DNA of 64,000 nucleotides from Candidatus Krumholzibacteriia bacterium (GCA_041484665.1 JBGPIA010000002.1:384001-448000), one strand, 5' to 3'. Positions 10,510 to 19,907 are shown, counted from the stretch's first letter. The notes: a model not told the origin generated them from the letters alone. A program made the numbers and translations.

Positions 10510-11559
10510 TCACGCGCGGCCGCTCTCCTCGCCGGCGCGGCAGAAGAGCGCGGCGATCGCCGCGGTGTTGACGATGTCGGCCGCTTTGCAGCCGCGGCTG
10601 AGGTCGAACACCGGGCGGGCCAGCCCCTGGAGGATGGGCCCCAGGGCTGCGAACCCGCCCAACCGCTGGGCCAGCTTGTATCCAATATTGGCGGCGCCCA
10701 GGTCGGGGAAAAGGAGAACCTCCGCGAATCCTCCCACCGGGCTGTCGGGGCACTTTCCGGCGGCCACGGAGGGCACCAGCGCGGCATCCAGCTGCAGCTC
10801 GCCATCGGCCACGAGCCCCCGCGCCCGCAGACGGCGCGCCACCTCGGCCATGCGGCGGGCGGCAGGATGATCGGCACTGCCCTTGGTCGAGAACGAGAGG
10901 CAGGCGATCCTCGGTTGCCGACCGACCACGGCCCGGTAGGTCGCGGCCGACGCCACCCCGATCGAGACCAGCTGGTCGTCGTCGGGCTGCGGAACGACCG
11001 CTGAGTCGGCGAACAAGAGCGGCCGCTCGATGCCATGCCCCGGCGGGGGCACCATGAGGAAGGAGCCGCTGACCACGGTGACCCCCGGCGCCAGTCCGAC
11101 GTGGAACAGCGCGGCGCGCAGCACGTCGGCGGTGGGATGGGCCGCACCGCCCACCATTGCGTCGGCCTCCCCCGCGGCCACCAGCCCCGCCCCCAGCTGC
11201 AACGGCTCGCGCGCCAACACCTTGGCCTCGCCTTGGGTCAGACCCTTGGCGCGGCGGCGCTCGAACAGGCGCGCGGCGACGGCGTCGGCGCGCGGATCCT
11301 GCGCGGCATCGATGAGGGTGAAGGCTTCCGGGTCGGCCCCCTGCTCGGCCAGCCGCCGGCGCAGGCGCGCCGGGGCGCCCATCAACAGCACCGGACGGGC
11401 CATCCCGAGCGCATGCAAGGCCACGGCAGCGTCCAGCACGCGCGGGTCCTCACCCTCAGGGAGCACCAGGCGCATCGGATCCTGCGCCGCGCGCTGGCGC
11501 AGCTGCGCGGTGAAGCCGCTCTCCTCCCGCAGCATTTCCAGGAGCTCTGGGCCGGTCAA
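10510..11559 (-). CDS. pta: Phosphate acetyltransferase
   Basis: Motifs VLPEGEDPRVL, FADSAV, LSFSTKGSA, DGELQLDAA, FPDL.AANIGYK and GPILQG...PVFDLSRGC. Confidence 0.92.
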   Translation of the reverse strand: MTGPELLEMLREESGFTAQLRQRAAQDPMRLVLPEGEDPRVLDAAVALHALGMARPVLLMGAPARLRRRLAEQGADPEAFTLIDAAQDPRADAVAARLFERRRAKGLTQGEAKVLAREPLQLGAGLVAAGEADAMVGGAAHPTADVLRAALFHVGLAPGVTVVSGSFLMVPPPGHGIERPLLFADSAVVPQPDDDQLVSIGVASAATYRAVVGRQPRIACLSFSTKGSADHPAARRMAEVARRLRARGLVADGELQLDAALVPSVAAGKCPDSPVGGFAEVLLFPDLGAANIGYKLAQRLGGFAALGPILQGLARPVFDLSRGCKAADIVNTAAIAALFCRAGEESGRA

Positions 11560-11596
11560 TGCGTGCGGTCCTTCCCGTCCAGCAGCCCTGGGCCGG

Positions 11597-12088
11597 TCAC
11601 CGCGAGCCGTCTGTGCCCCGCAGGCGTGAAAGACGGCGCTCGACCCCGGGCGGCACCAGGTCCGCCACGTCGCCGCCGTGGTGGTGGATGTCCTTGATGA
11701 GCGTACTGCTGACGCTGAGGTACTCCGCGCTGGGCATGAGGAAGATCACGTCGAAGCGCTCGCTCAGACGGCGATTCATCAACGCCATCATGTACTCGAA
11801 CTCGAAATCCTGGAACAGCCGGACCCCGCGCACCACCACGTCCACGCCCAAGCGCTCGAACTCGTGGGCCAAGAGGCCGGCGAACGAGACCACCTCCACC
11901 GCCGGGCGGCTGGCGATCACCTCGCGGATCATCTCCAGGCGCTCCTGCACGGAAAACAGCGTGCCCTTGGCCGCGCTGTCGGCGACGCCGACGATCACGC
12001 GGTCGAACAGGCGCGCCGCGCGGTCGATGACGTCGACGTGCCCGTTGGTGAGGGGATCGAAGGTGCCGGGGTAGAGGGCGGTCTTCAT
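11597..12088 (-). CDS. coaD: Pantetheine-phosphate adenylyltransferase
   Basis: Motifs YPGTFDPLTNGH, RG.R...DFEFE..MA..N and SSTLIK. Confidence 0.97.
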   Translation of the reverse strand: MKTALYPGTFDPLTNGHVDVIDRAARLFDRVIVGVADSAAKGTLFSVQERLEMIREVIASRPAVEVVSFAGLLAHEFERLGVDVVVRGVRLFQDFEFEYMMALMNRRLSERFDVIFLMPSAEYLSVSSTLIKDIHHHGGDVADLVPPGVERRLSRLRGTDGSR

Positions 12089-12152
12089 GGGCTCTCGCAG
12101 ACGGTGACGGAGCGGGTGGCGCTGGGGAGAACGGTGATGGAACTGACCGCGA

Positions 12153-12731
12153 TCACGGGGAGCCCCTCGCCAGCAGGGTGAACGCGCCCAGCCCGTGGCG
12201 GCGCGTCGTGAGCTGGACTGCCGGGCCGGCGATCCAGGCGGGCACGGCCGCCCGCGCGGAGTGCTCGAGGGCGCAGGCTGCGACGGCGCCCGATTCTACC
12301 AGCGCCGCGAGGATCGGCAACAGCCGACCCAGCTCCGCGTCGTCGTAGGGCGGATCCAGCAGCACCAGGTCGGGACGCTCGGTCTCGTCCAGCACACCGT
12401 CCTGCAGCTTGCGCAGCCAGCGGCGGGCGTCGCCCCGGCGGATGGTGGCGGCCGCGGGCGGTATCCCCAGCGCTCGCAAGTTCTCCCGGATTGCTCCGAC
12501 GCAGCGCGCGTCGAGCTCCACAAAGGTGCACCGGTGCGCTCCGCGGCTGAGCGCCTCGATGCCCAGCGCGCCGCAGCCCGCGAACAGGTCGGCCACCGCC
12601 GCTCCGGGCACCAGCTCGCCCAACGCAGAGAACAGGGCCTCCTTCAGCTTGCCGCTGCTGGGTCGGGTGCGGGTCTGGGGCGGCAGGCGCAGCGGGCGGC
12701 CGCGCAGCACTCCCCCGGTCACGCGCATCAC
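12153..12731 (-). CDS. rsmD: 16S rRNA m2G966 methyltransferase RsmD
   Basis: Motifs MRVTGG..RGR, TRP, DLFAG.GALGIEALSRGA and DPPY. The rsmD-coaD adjacency is typical. Confidence 0.92.
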   Translation of the reverse strand: MMRVTGGVLRGRPLRLPPQTRTRPSSGKLKEALFSALGELVPGAAVADLFAGCGALGIEALSRGAHRCTFVELDARCVGAIRENLRALGIPPAAATIRRGDARRWLRKLQDGVLDETERPDLVLLDPPYDDAELGRLLPILAALVESGAVAACALEHSARAAVPAWIAGPAVQLTTRRHGLGAFTLLARGSP

Positions 12732-13264
12732 GGCGCGTCCTCACGCACCATCGCGCGCAGCGTCGACTGGATCGACCTTGCCAGCTGCGCGGGCGGGTGC
12801 TGATCGGCGTGCAGGTGGAGGTGTGCCGCCGCCGCGTAGTCCTGCCGCCGGACGCGGTGCAGCTGCGCGAGCCGTGCCCAGCCGAGGTGCTCCACCAACG
12901 GACGGCGCCGCGCCCCCTGCTCCTGCAGGCGCTCGCGGGCGATCTCGAAGCGCACGTCCAGCCAGACCACCGTGGACGCCCGTCGCATGGCCGCGCGGTT
13001 GTCCGGGTCCGCCACCGCGCCGCCGCCGGTGGCCAGCACCGCGAGAGGCTCCCCCAGCGCGCGCAGCAGCACGGTGCGCTCCAGCGCGCGGAAGGTAGCT
13101 TCCCCCTGCTGTGCGAACAGTGTGGGAATGTCGCGGCCGGCCTCCGCCTCCACCCGATCGTCCAGATCGACGAAGGGCAAGGCGAGCCGGCGCGCCAGCT
13201 CCCGCCCCACCGTGCTCTTGCCCGCCCCCATGAACCCCACCAGCGTGACGCGCAGCACGCTCAA
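12728..13264 (-). CDS. aroK: Shikimate kinase
   Basis: Motifs LVGFMGAGKSTVG, FVDLD, GE..FR..E, ATGGG and RPL. TTG start at 13264 overlaps the aroC stop. Confidence 0.93.
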   Translation of the reverse strand: MSVLRVTLVGFMGAGKSTVGRELARRLALPFVDLDDRVEAEAGRDIPTLFAQQGEATFRALERTVLLRALGEPLAVLATGGGAVADPDNRAAMRRASTVVWLDVRFEIARERLQEQGARRRPLVEHLGWARLAQLHRVRRQDYAAAAHLHLHADQHPPAQLARSIQSTLRAMVREDAP

Positions 13265-14436
13265 GGGGAGGCCCTGCGCATGCGCTCCCGCAGCGCGGCA
13301 CGGTAGCCGTCCAGCGCGGCGCGCACGCGCGCCAGCGTGTCGCCGCCGAACATCTCCAGCACGGCGTCGGCCAAGACCAGCATGACCGCCGCTTCCCCTG
13401 CCACCCCGGCCGCCGGCACCGCGCACACGTCGCTGCGCTCGAAGGCGGCCTTCTCCGGCAGGCCGGTCGCCATGTCCACCGAGGCCAGCGGTTTGCGCAG
13501 GGTCGAGATCGGCTTCATTGCGCCGCGGCACACCAGCGGCTCGCCGGTGGTCATCCCGCCCTCCAGGCCGCCGGCCCGGTTGCTGGCCCGGCGCGGCACG
13601 TCGTCGAGCTGCGGCACGATCTCATCGTGCACCGCGCTGCCCGTGCGCCGGGCATTGTCGAACGCGGGACCCAGCTCACAACCCTTCACCGCGGGGATGG
13701 AGACCAGGGCCTGCGCCAATCGCCCGTCCAGCTTGCGGTCGGGCGCCATGCAGCTGCCCAGGCCCGGCGGCAGGCCGGTCGCCACCACCTCGAACACGCC
13801 GCCCACCGTGTCACCCTCCTGGGCGGCCTGCTCGACCACCGCGCGCATGCGCTCGTAGCCGGCGGCGCACCGCAGGTCGTTGGCCTCGGCGTGCGCGCGG
13901 ATCTCCTCCAGGGAGAGGCCGTCCAGATCCGCCTCGGCCGGGCCGATGGAGCGCACGTGGCTGAAGCAGCCGATCCCCAGCGCGTCGAGGAAGGCGCGCA
14001 CGACCTCGCCGGCGGCCACCCGCGCGGCGGTCTCGCGGGCGCTTGCGCGCTCCAGCACGTCGCGGGCGTCGGCGCGATCGTACTTGAGCATCCCCACCAG
14101 GTCGGCGTGGCCTGGGCGCGGACGCGTGATGCGGCGCGCGCGGTCCTGCGCCGGTGGCCCGAAGGGCGCGAGCGTCTCCGCCCAGTGCACGTGGTCCTTG
14201 TTCTCGAGCACCAGCGTGATGGGGCTGCCCAAGGTCTCGCCGAAGCGCACGCCGGAGAGGAAACGAGCGGCGTCGCGCTCGATCTGCATGCGCGCGCCGC
14301 GGCCGAACCCCACCTGGCGGCGGGCGAGCCCGCGCGCCACCGCCTCGGGGTCGATGGGCACACCGGCCGGCAACCCGTCCAGAATGGCGGTGAGCTGGGG
14401 TCCGTGGGACTCGCCGGCGGTGAGCAGGCGCAGCAC
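13261..14436 (-). CDS. aroC: Chorismate synthase
   Basis: Motifs LTAGESHG, RPRPGHAD, ERASARET, SNRAGGLEGG, MKPISTL and RSD.CAVP. GTG 14436 follows GGAGG. Confidence 0.97.
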   Translation of the reverse strand: MLRLLTAGESHGPQLTAILDGLPAGVPIDPEAVARGLARRQVGFGRGARMQIERDAARFLSGVRFGETLGSPITLVLENKDHVHWAETLAPFGPPAQDRARRITRPRPGHADLVGMLKYDRADARDVLERASARETAARVAAGEVVRAFLDALGIGCFSHVRSIGPAEADLDGLSLEEIRAHAEANDLRCAAGYERMRAVVEQAAQEGDTVGGVFEVVATGLPPGLGSCMAPDRKLDGRLAQALVSIPAVKGCELGPAFDNARRTGSAVHDEIVPQLDDVPRRASNRAGGLEGGMTTGEPLVCRGAMKPISTLRKPLASVDMATGLPEKAAFERSDVCAVPAAGVAGEAAVMLVLADAVLEMFGGDTLARVRAALDGYRAALRERMRRASP

Positions 14437-14558
14437 ATGACCTCCTGGAGCCGGACAGCGGCGGGAGCGCGAAAGCCGTGCGGCTAGGCTACCCGAAGGC
14501 GAGCCGGCCGGCCAGCGCGGCGCCGCTGGCCGTGGTTTCCCGCGCAGCCGGGCGCAAC

Positions 14559-14594
14559 GAGAACGCCGGGACGTTGTACCGCCCCGGCGCTCTC
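14559..14594 (-). terminator. Stem-loop downstream of pilQ, probable terminator
   Basis: GAGAGCGCCGGGGCG-GTACAA-CGTCCCGGCGTTCTC forms a 15-bp stem with two G:U pairs. The U-tail is weak. Confidence 0.55.
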
Positions 14595-14634
14595 CCCCTG
14601 CCACCCACTCGAGGCAGGCGTCGATCCGATGCTG

Positions 14635-16107
14635 CTACTTGCCCGTCGAGCCCAGCGACTGATGCGGCACCGCGTCGAGCTTCTTCTTCAGCTCAAGCTC
14701 GCGCGTCGTCATGATCTTGGTGTTGGCGTCCACGATCGTCGGCGTCAAGAACACGATTAGCTCGCGCTGCTCGTCGTTCTTGCTCACGCCGCGGAACAGC
14801 GCCCCCAGCAGCGGCAGATCCTTCAGCACCGGGACGCCCGTGGTCAGCGTGCTGGTGACGCCGCGGATCAGCCCGCCGATCACCGCCGTCTCGTTGTTGT
14901 TCACCAGCACCCGCGTGTCGGCCTCGCTGGTGTTGATGATCACGCCGCCTTGGACCGTCGCCTGGCTGCTGAGATCGCTCACTTCGGGATGGATATCCAG
15001 GGTGATCTGGCGATCGCTGTTGATGTGCGGCGTCACGGTCAGCCGGATCCCGATGGTGGTGAGCTTGACGATGGCATTCCCGGCCACGTCCTGCTGGATC
15101 AGGGGGATCTTCTGACCGACGAGGATGCTGGCCTCGCGGTTGTCGGTGGTCGTGATGCGCGGGTTGCTGATGATGTCGGCTTTGTTGTCCTTGGCCATCG
15201 CCTGCAAGATGGCCCGGATCTCGCCGATGTTTTGCACGGTGCCCGCCCGCACCTGGCCCACTGCGTCGGAGATGGGCGCGGTGACCGAGGCGTCGCCGGC
15301 CACGTTCAGGCCCGCCGGCTTGGCGTTGAAGATACCCCACTGCACGCCCAGCTCGGAGCTCTTGCGCGCGTCGATGTCCACCAGCAACGCGTTGATGTGC
15401 ACCTGCGGCGTCTGGGAGTCGAGGCTGCGGGCCAGCGTGGTCAGCGTCTCGACCTTGGCCGGGATGTCGGTGACGATCAGGCTGTTGGTGCGTTTGTCGA
15501 TCTCGACCGAGCCGCGCGTGGTGAGCATGCTCTTGACCGCGCCCCTGACCTCCTCGGCATTGGCGAAGTCGATGCGCACGACGCGGGTCTCGAGGGCCTC
15601 CAGCTGGTCGGTCTTGGCCATGGCCGCCTTGGCCTCGAGCTGCTCGTTGCGCAGGTCGGCGATGGTGTCGACGCGGATGACGCCGTACTCCTCGACGTAG
15701 TCGAAGCCTTGGGCCTTGAGAATCACCGAGAGCGCTTCGCGCCAGGGCACGTCCTTGATGGCCACCGTGACCTGCCCCTGGACGCGGGGCGACGTGATGA
15801 TGTTGCGGCCGGAGAAGTCGGCGATGCTGCGCAGCACCGTGCGGAGGTCCGAGTTCTGCACGTTCATGCTGATCGTGCGCGCCAGGCTGGCCTCGTCCTG
15901 TTGGCCCACCGGCTGCGCGACTCGCGCCTGCCCCGCGGCGTCCTGCCAGTGGTCCGCGCCGGCGGCGGAGCCGTCGCCCACCGGCGTGTAGATCACCTGG
16001 TCCTCCGGGACCGCGGGATCTCCCGCCGTGGCGACGGCCGCGCTGGCGGCCAGCAGCAGCACGAGAGCGACGCCCGACAGACCGACCTTGTAGGTGAACG
16101 CCTTCAT
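14635..16107 (-). CDS. pilQ: Type IV pilus secretin PilQ (short form, no AMIN domains evident)
   Basis: Signal peptide; N0-like ISMNVQNSDLR..L; N3 D.RTNSLIV.D; secretin domain (QV.I.A..V, S.P.I.T..N.EA.I..G, GVP.LKDLPLLG.LF, RELIVFLTP). Confidence 0.93.
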   Translation of the reverse strand: MKAFTYKVGLSGVALVLLLAASAAVATAGDPAVPEDQVIYTPVGDGSAAGADHWQDAAGQARVAQPVGQQDEASLARTISMNVQNSDLRTVLRSIADFSGRNIITSPRVQGQVTVAIKDVPWREALSVILKAQGFDYVEEYGVIRVDTIADLRNEQLEAKAAMAKTDQLEALETRVVRIDFANAEEVRGAVKSMLTTRGSVEIDKRTNSLIVTDIPAKVETLTTLARSLDSQTPQVHINALLVDIDARKSSELGVQWGIFNAKPAGLNVAGDASVTAPISDAVGQVRAGTVQNIGEIRAILQAMAKDNKADIISNPRITTTDNREASILVGQKIPLIQQDVAGNAIVKLTTIGIRLTVTPHINSDRQITLDIHPEVSDLSSQATVQGGVIINTSEADTRVLVNNNETAVIGGLIRGVTSTLTTGVPVLKDLPLLGALFRGVSKNDEQRELIVFLTPTIVDANTKIMTTRELELKKKLDAVPHQSLGSTGK

Positions 16108-16113
16108 CGCTTG

Positions 16114-17235
16114 CTACCCTCTCGGCTTCTTGTTGGGCTCCCGCACCTCAAGCTTGAGGATGACGCGGGAAGTGATGCCGTAGAGCGTGACGGAGGCCAC
16201 CACGCTCTTCTCGTTGATCGCCTCGATCCGGCCGTTCCGTACCCGATCGCCCACGCGCAGGATGAACCCGTTGCCGAAGCCATCCTCGATCAGGGCGAAC
16301 CGCTCGTTGGAGCCCCACATGATCCCCACCAGCTTGGCGGCGCCGACGTCCACGATGTCGGGATTGCCGGCGGGCTCGTACTCGCCCGTCACCAGCGCCC
16401 GGCAAAGGTCGGGACGACCGTAGGACTGATAGAAGTACTCGTTGGTGCGGATCCCGCGGATACGGGTCTGCGCCTCGTCGCTGGGGGTCTGCACCTGCGG
16501 TTGGATGCTCGTTCCCGGATCCGCGTCCTCGTCCGCCACGGCGGGCGCGGCGTCGGCGCCGGTGGCCAGCGGCTCGACAGCCGTTGCCGCGGCCGCGCGA
16601 GTCGGCGCGTGCTCCGCGTCAGCGGCGGGGGCGTGGATCTTCGCGTGGGCCGCCACCCCGGCAGACTCGGCCGGCTGCTCGTTCGCGGCTTCGGCCGGCG
16701 CTCCATTCGTCGCCGGGGGCGACGTTTCGACTTCAGCCTGGGCGGCCGTCTCGTTGACAGCCTGGGCGGGGGCCTCGCCGGCGACCGCGGCCGGCGTCTC
16801 GTTGACGGCCTGGGCGGCCGTCTCGTCCCCAGCCTGGGCAGTCGACTCATCCGCTGCCGGCGTCGCCGTCTCGCCGGCCGTCTGCGCCGAATCCAGGGCG
16901 GCCGCGTCATTGCTGACAACGGAAGCCGAGTCCGAAGTCGCCGCGTCCTCGCGGGCGACAGCAGCAGGTTCCTGAGCAGGTGTGTCGTCGCTGGCGACCG
17001 GAGCCGATTCCTGCGCCGCTTCCGGCGCGGCCGCTTGTGCCGCCGCGTCTGCGGCGGCGGCCTGCTCGCTCGAAGTTGCCGCGGCAGCCTCCGCCGCCTT
17101 CAGCGGCGAGATGGCCGCGCTGTCCGGAGCAGTGCTCTGCTCCGGCTGGGGCTGCGCCGCGTCATCGGCGGCGCCCGCCGCGCCGGCCACAGCTGCGAAC
17201 AACAGCAGGCCGGCCAGCATCGTCCTCCACGCCAT
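16114..17235 (-). CDS. PilP-position protein: signal peptide, long Ala/Glu/Pro-rich linker and C-terminal PilP-like beta domain
   Basis: Lies between pilO and pilQ. C-terminus Y.Y.S.GRPD...LVGIMWG....ALIED..G.G.ILRVGD....G.I..I resembles PilP. No lipobox Cys. Confidence 0.7.
   Translation of the reverse strand: MAWRTMLAGLLLFAAVAGAAGAADDAAQPQPEQSTAPDSAAISPLKAAEAAAATSSEQAAAADAAAQAAAPEAAQESAPVASDDTPAQEPAAVAREDAATSDSASVVSNDAAALDSAQTAGETATPAADESTAQAGDETAAQAVNETPAAVAGEAPAQAVNETAAQAEVETSPPATNGAPAEAANEQPAESAGVAAHAKIHAPAADAEHAPTRAAAATAVEPLATGADAAPAVADEDADPGTSIQPQVQTPSDEAQTRIRGIRTNEYFYQSYGRPDLCRALVTGEYEPAGNPDIVDVGAAKLVGIMWGSNERFALIEDGFGNGFILRVGDRVRNGRIEAINEKSVVASVTLYGITSRVILKLEVREPNKKPRG
16730..16860 (-). 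repeat. Imperfect 24-bp (8-aa) coding tandem repeat in the PilP-like linker
   Basis: Protein units TAQAGDET/AAQAVNET/PAAVAGEA/PAQAVNET/AAQAEVET. GCCTGGGCGGCCGTCTCGT recurs on the + strand. Confidence 0.75.
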
Positions 17236-17236
17236 C

Positions 17237-17956
17237 CTACTTCCCTCCTTCGAGCTTGGCCTGGTTCTTCGACCGGGCCGTGTCCAGCTTCTCCTTCACG
17301 CTGTCGGTGATGCGTCCCAGGCGCTTGGACGTGCTATCCAGCTCCTTCTTGGACGCATCGCCCGTCACCGCGGCCGGTTGGTCGGGCACGGTGTAGGCGA
17401 CGATGCGCATGGAGGCCTCGACGGTGTGGTGGACGTCCTTGCCGCCCTGTTTCTCGGGCTTGACACTCTCCAGCTTCATGTCGCGGACGTTCACGATGCG
17501 GTTGAGATTGGCGATCTGGCCGAGGAACGTGCCCACCTGGTGGTAGCCCCCCTCCACCTCGATGAAGATGGGGTTCTCCGTGTAGAAGTCGCGCACCAGC
17601 GGGGACTCGGGCTGGAACTTCACCCACTCCAGGCCCGACTGCTGCCCGGCGGCGGAGATCGTCCGCAGCAGATCGCTCATCTCGTTCTCGGTGGGCAGCA
17701 GCGACTGGGCGACCATCCACTGGCGGTGGAGGTAGTCGTACTCGCGCTCCAGCTTCGGGAGGTTACCGACGGTGAGCCGGGCGCGCTCGAGGTCGCGCGA
17801 GACGGCCTCGTAGTCCTTCTGCAGATCCTCGATCGCGTGCTTGCGGGGCTGGTAAGTGAAGCCCAGGAGGTTGCTCCCGAAGTATACGTACAGCACCAGC
17901 GCACCCAGCACCGTGGTGAAGAGGATCCGTTGCAACTTGGGGTTCTGCAGGTCCAT
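17237..17956 (-). CDS. pilO: Type IV pilus assembly protein PilO
   Basis: N-terminal TM and coiled coil, then LP...E..DLL..I...G and V.GGYH..G.FL..IA.L.RIVNV. Confidence 0.9.
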   Translation of the reverse strand: MDLQNPKLQRILFTTVLGALVLYVYFGSNLLGFTYQPRKHAIEDLQKDYEAVSRDLERARLTVGNLPKLEREYDYLHRQWMVAQSLLPTENEMSDLLRTISAAGQQSGLEWVKFQPESPLVRDFYTENPIFIEVEGGYHQVGTFLGQIANLNRIVNVRDMKLESVKPEKQGGKDVHHTVEASMRIVAYTVPDQPAAVTGDASKKELDSTSKRLGRITDSVKEKLDTARSKNQAKLEGGK

Positions 17957-17989
17957 GTCGTTGTGCCCTTCCGGATCCGGCCCCCGCCG

Positions 17990-18568
17990 CTAGTTGCCGG
18001 CGGCGACTTCCACCGCCGTGTTGCCCACGTGCGCCGTGGCGCTGAACTTGATGACCCGGACGTCCTTGATGAAGCCTCGCTCCAGGACGTCGAGGTCGAC
18101 GCTCTTGTAGCTCTCGCTCTGGGCCAGGTCGCGCATGAAGTCGGCGACCGTGAAGTTGCTGAAGGTGATCCCCTCGATCTTGATCGTGTTGGGGCCCTTC
18201 TCCTCCAAGAGGGTGAGCCAGGTGTTGTCGGGGAACTTGCGCGCCATCTCGCTGAGCAGGTGGACGCGGTAGTAGCGGTCCTTGTCCAAGGTCGTAATGG
18301 CGTCGAGCCGGCGGTCGACCTGCTCGCGCTCGGCGGTGAGCTGGCGGATGCGGGCGATCTGCGGAGCCAGCTTCTGTGTCTCCTCCTTCGCCGCGGCCAG
18401 GTCGTTCTGGAGCCGTTGGTAGGTGCGCAGCTGTTGGAAGTACATCACCCCACAGACGGCCACCACGGCCATCGCCACGAACATCGGCACGAACGCGCCG
18501 ATGGCCGGCACCTGGAGCTGTCGGCCCTTGGGGGCCTCTTCCTTGGCGAGCAGGTTGACGCGGATCAT
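17990..18568 (-). CDS. pilN: Type IV pilus assembly protein PilN
   Basis: MIRVNLL PilM-binding motif, TM segment, coiled coil and P...WLT. ATG 18568 overlaps the pilM stop. Confidence 0.9.
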   Translation of the reverse strand: MIRVNLLAKEEAPKGRQLQVPAIGAFVPMFVAMAVVAVCGVMYFQQLRTYQRLQNDLAAAKEETQKLAPQIARIRQLTAEREQVDRRLDAITTLDKDRYYRVHLLSEMARKFPDNTWLTLLEEKGPNTIKIEGITFSNFTVADFMRDLAQSESYKSVDLDVLERGFIKDVRVIKFSATAHVGNTAVEVAAGN

Positions 18569-19632
18569 TGCTTGTCCCCCCTCGCCCGCAGCGCCAGACC
18601 GCACGAGACCGCCAGCAAAGGACTCAAGCGGTCCACGTTCTGGTTGGCGAACACCTCGGGGTCGTACTGCATCCCGGACAGCGGGTGCCCCACCTCGACC
18701 TCGAAGCCCTCGCGCTCGGCCAGGGCCGACTTGAGGCCCGGGAAGCGCGCTCCGCCGCCCGACAGCACGATGCGATCGATCGCCTCGGCGTCACCGGACG
18801 TGCGCAGGTAGCTGAGGCTGCGGTCGATCCCGGTGGAGAGGTCCTGGGCGACGACCTTGACGATCTGCAGCAGCCGCTCGGGTCCCTGGATCTGGTCCGA
18901 CTCCGGGTTGGCCACGATCTGCCGTGCCTCATCGAAGCCGACACCGAACTCCTTCTGGCACTCCTCGACGAGCTTGTTGGTACCCACGTTCAGGTCGCGC
19001 GTGAAGTACGGGATGCCCGACTGCACGACGCACAGACTGGTGACGTCGGCGCCGATGTTGAGCAGCCCGACGACCTCTTCGCTCGTGCCGCCGTGGACGT
19101 TCTCCCAAGCGTTTTGCACCGCGAACGCGTCGACGTCGATCACCACCGGCTGCAGGTCCGCCTCGCGGATCAGCTCGGCGTGGCCGTGGATCGTCTCCTT
19201 CTTGGCGGCCACCAGCAGGATCTCCATCTGGTTGGCTCCCACGTCATCCTTGAGGATCTGGAAATCCAGACAGATGTCGTCGATGTCGAAGGGCACGTGC
19301 TGCTCGGCCTCCCAGAAGATCGCTTCCTCCGCGTCCGCCGCGGCCATCTTGTCCATGATGATCTTCTTGACGATAACCGAGCGCCCGCCGACCGCGCTCA
19401 CGACCTGCTTGTCCTGGATGCGGGCACGGTCGAGACATTCGCGGATGGCCTCGACGACCATCTGGCGGTCCATGATCTCGCCCTCCACAATCGCCTCGGG
19501 GAGCAGCTCGACCATGGCAAAGTTGGTGATGACGGGGGTACCCCCCGAGTGATCGACGCGCAGGCACTTGATGATGTTGGAGCCGATGTCCAGCGCCACC
19601 GTCGCCTTGCTGCGCTTCCTCATGGACCACAT
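18565..19632 (-). CDS. pilM: Type IV pilus assembly protein PilM
   Basis: Actin-like fold motifs LDIGS..IK, EAEQHVPF, LLVAAKK, DVDAFA, LNIGA and LSGGGA. Confidence 0.93.
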   Translation of the reverse strand: MWSMRKRSKATVALDIGSNIIKCLRVDHSGGTPVITNFAMVELLPEAIVEGEIMDRQMVVEAIRECLDRARIQDKQVVSAVGGRSVIVKKIIMDKMAAADAEEAIFWEAEQHVPFDIDDICLDFQILKDDVGANQMEILLVAAKKETIHGHAELIREADLQPVVIDVDAFAVQNAWENVHGGTSEEVVGLLNIGADVTSLCVVQSGIPYFTRDLNVGTNKLVEECQKEFGVGFDEARQIVANPESDQIQGPERLLQIVKVVAQDLSTGIDRSLSYLRTSGDAEAIDRIVLSGGGARFPGLKSALAEREGFEVEVGHPLSGMQYDPEVFANQNVDRLSPLLAVSCGLALRARGDKQ

Positions 19633-19769
19633 GCCGGGTTGCAGACCTCCGGTTGCCAGGAACGACTTGCGGCGCCGGATCGGGTCGCTCAAGCCGCGCC
19701 TGGGACGCGTCGGGATCGTCGGGTCGAGGGAGCCCGCGTTGGTTGCGCGAGATTCCCAAGGCGCCGGGA

Positions 19770-19786
19770 GGCAAGCCCTATGCCAA
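19770..19786 (-). promoter_or_regulatory. sigma54 (-24/-12) promoter upstream of pilM
   Basis: TTGGCATAGGGCTTGCC: GG-N10-GC with TGGCA and TTGC. Confidence 0.8.
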
Positions 19787-19896
19787 AGGTCCGCGGCGCC
19801 CTATGCCATAACAGCCTGTCGTTGAACCAGTTGCAGCTTGGAGGCCCCACGGGCCCCAGCGCGCGGGCGCCCGGTCGGCCGTCCTGCGAGAAACAT

Positions 19897-19907
19897 TGCA
19901 GCCTGCA
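19897..19907. promoter_or_regulatory. Candidate enhancer (PilR) site upstream of the pilM promoter
   Basis: TGCA-GCC-TGCA, 113 bp upstream of the -24 GG. Confidence 0.45.

Noticed and set aside
16730..16860. CRISPR array or mobile-element repeat
   Set aside because: The repeats are in-frame, degenerate 24-mers inside a coding linker, with no spacers and no cas genes.
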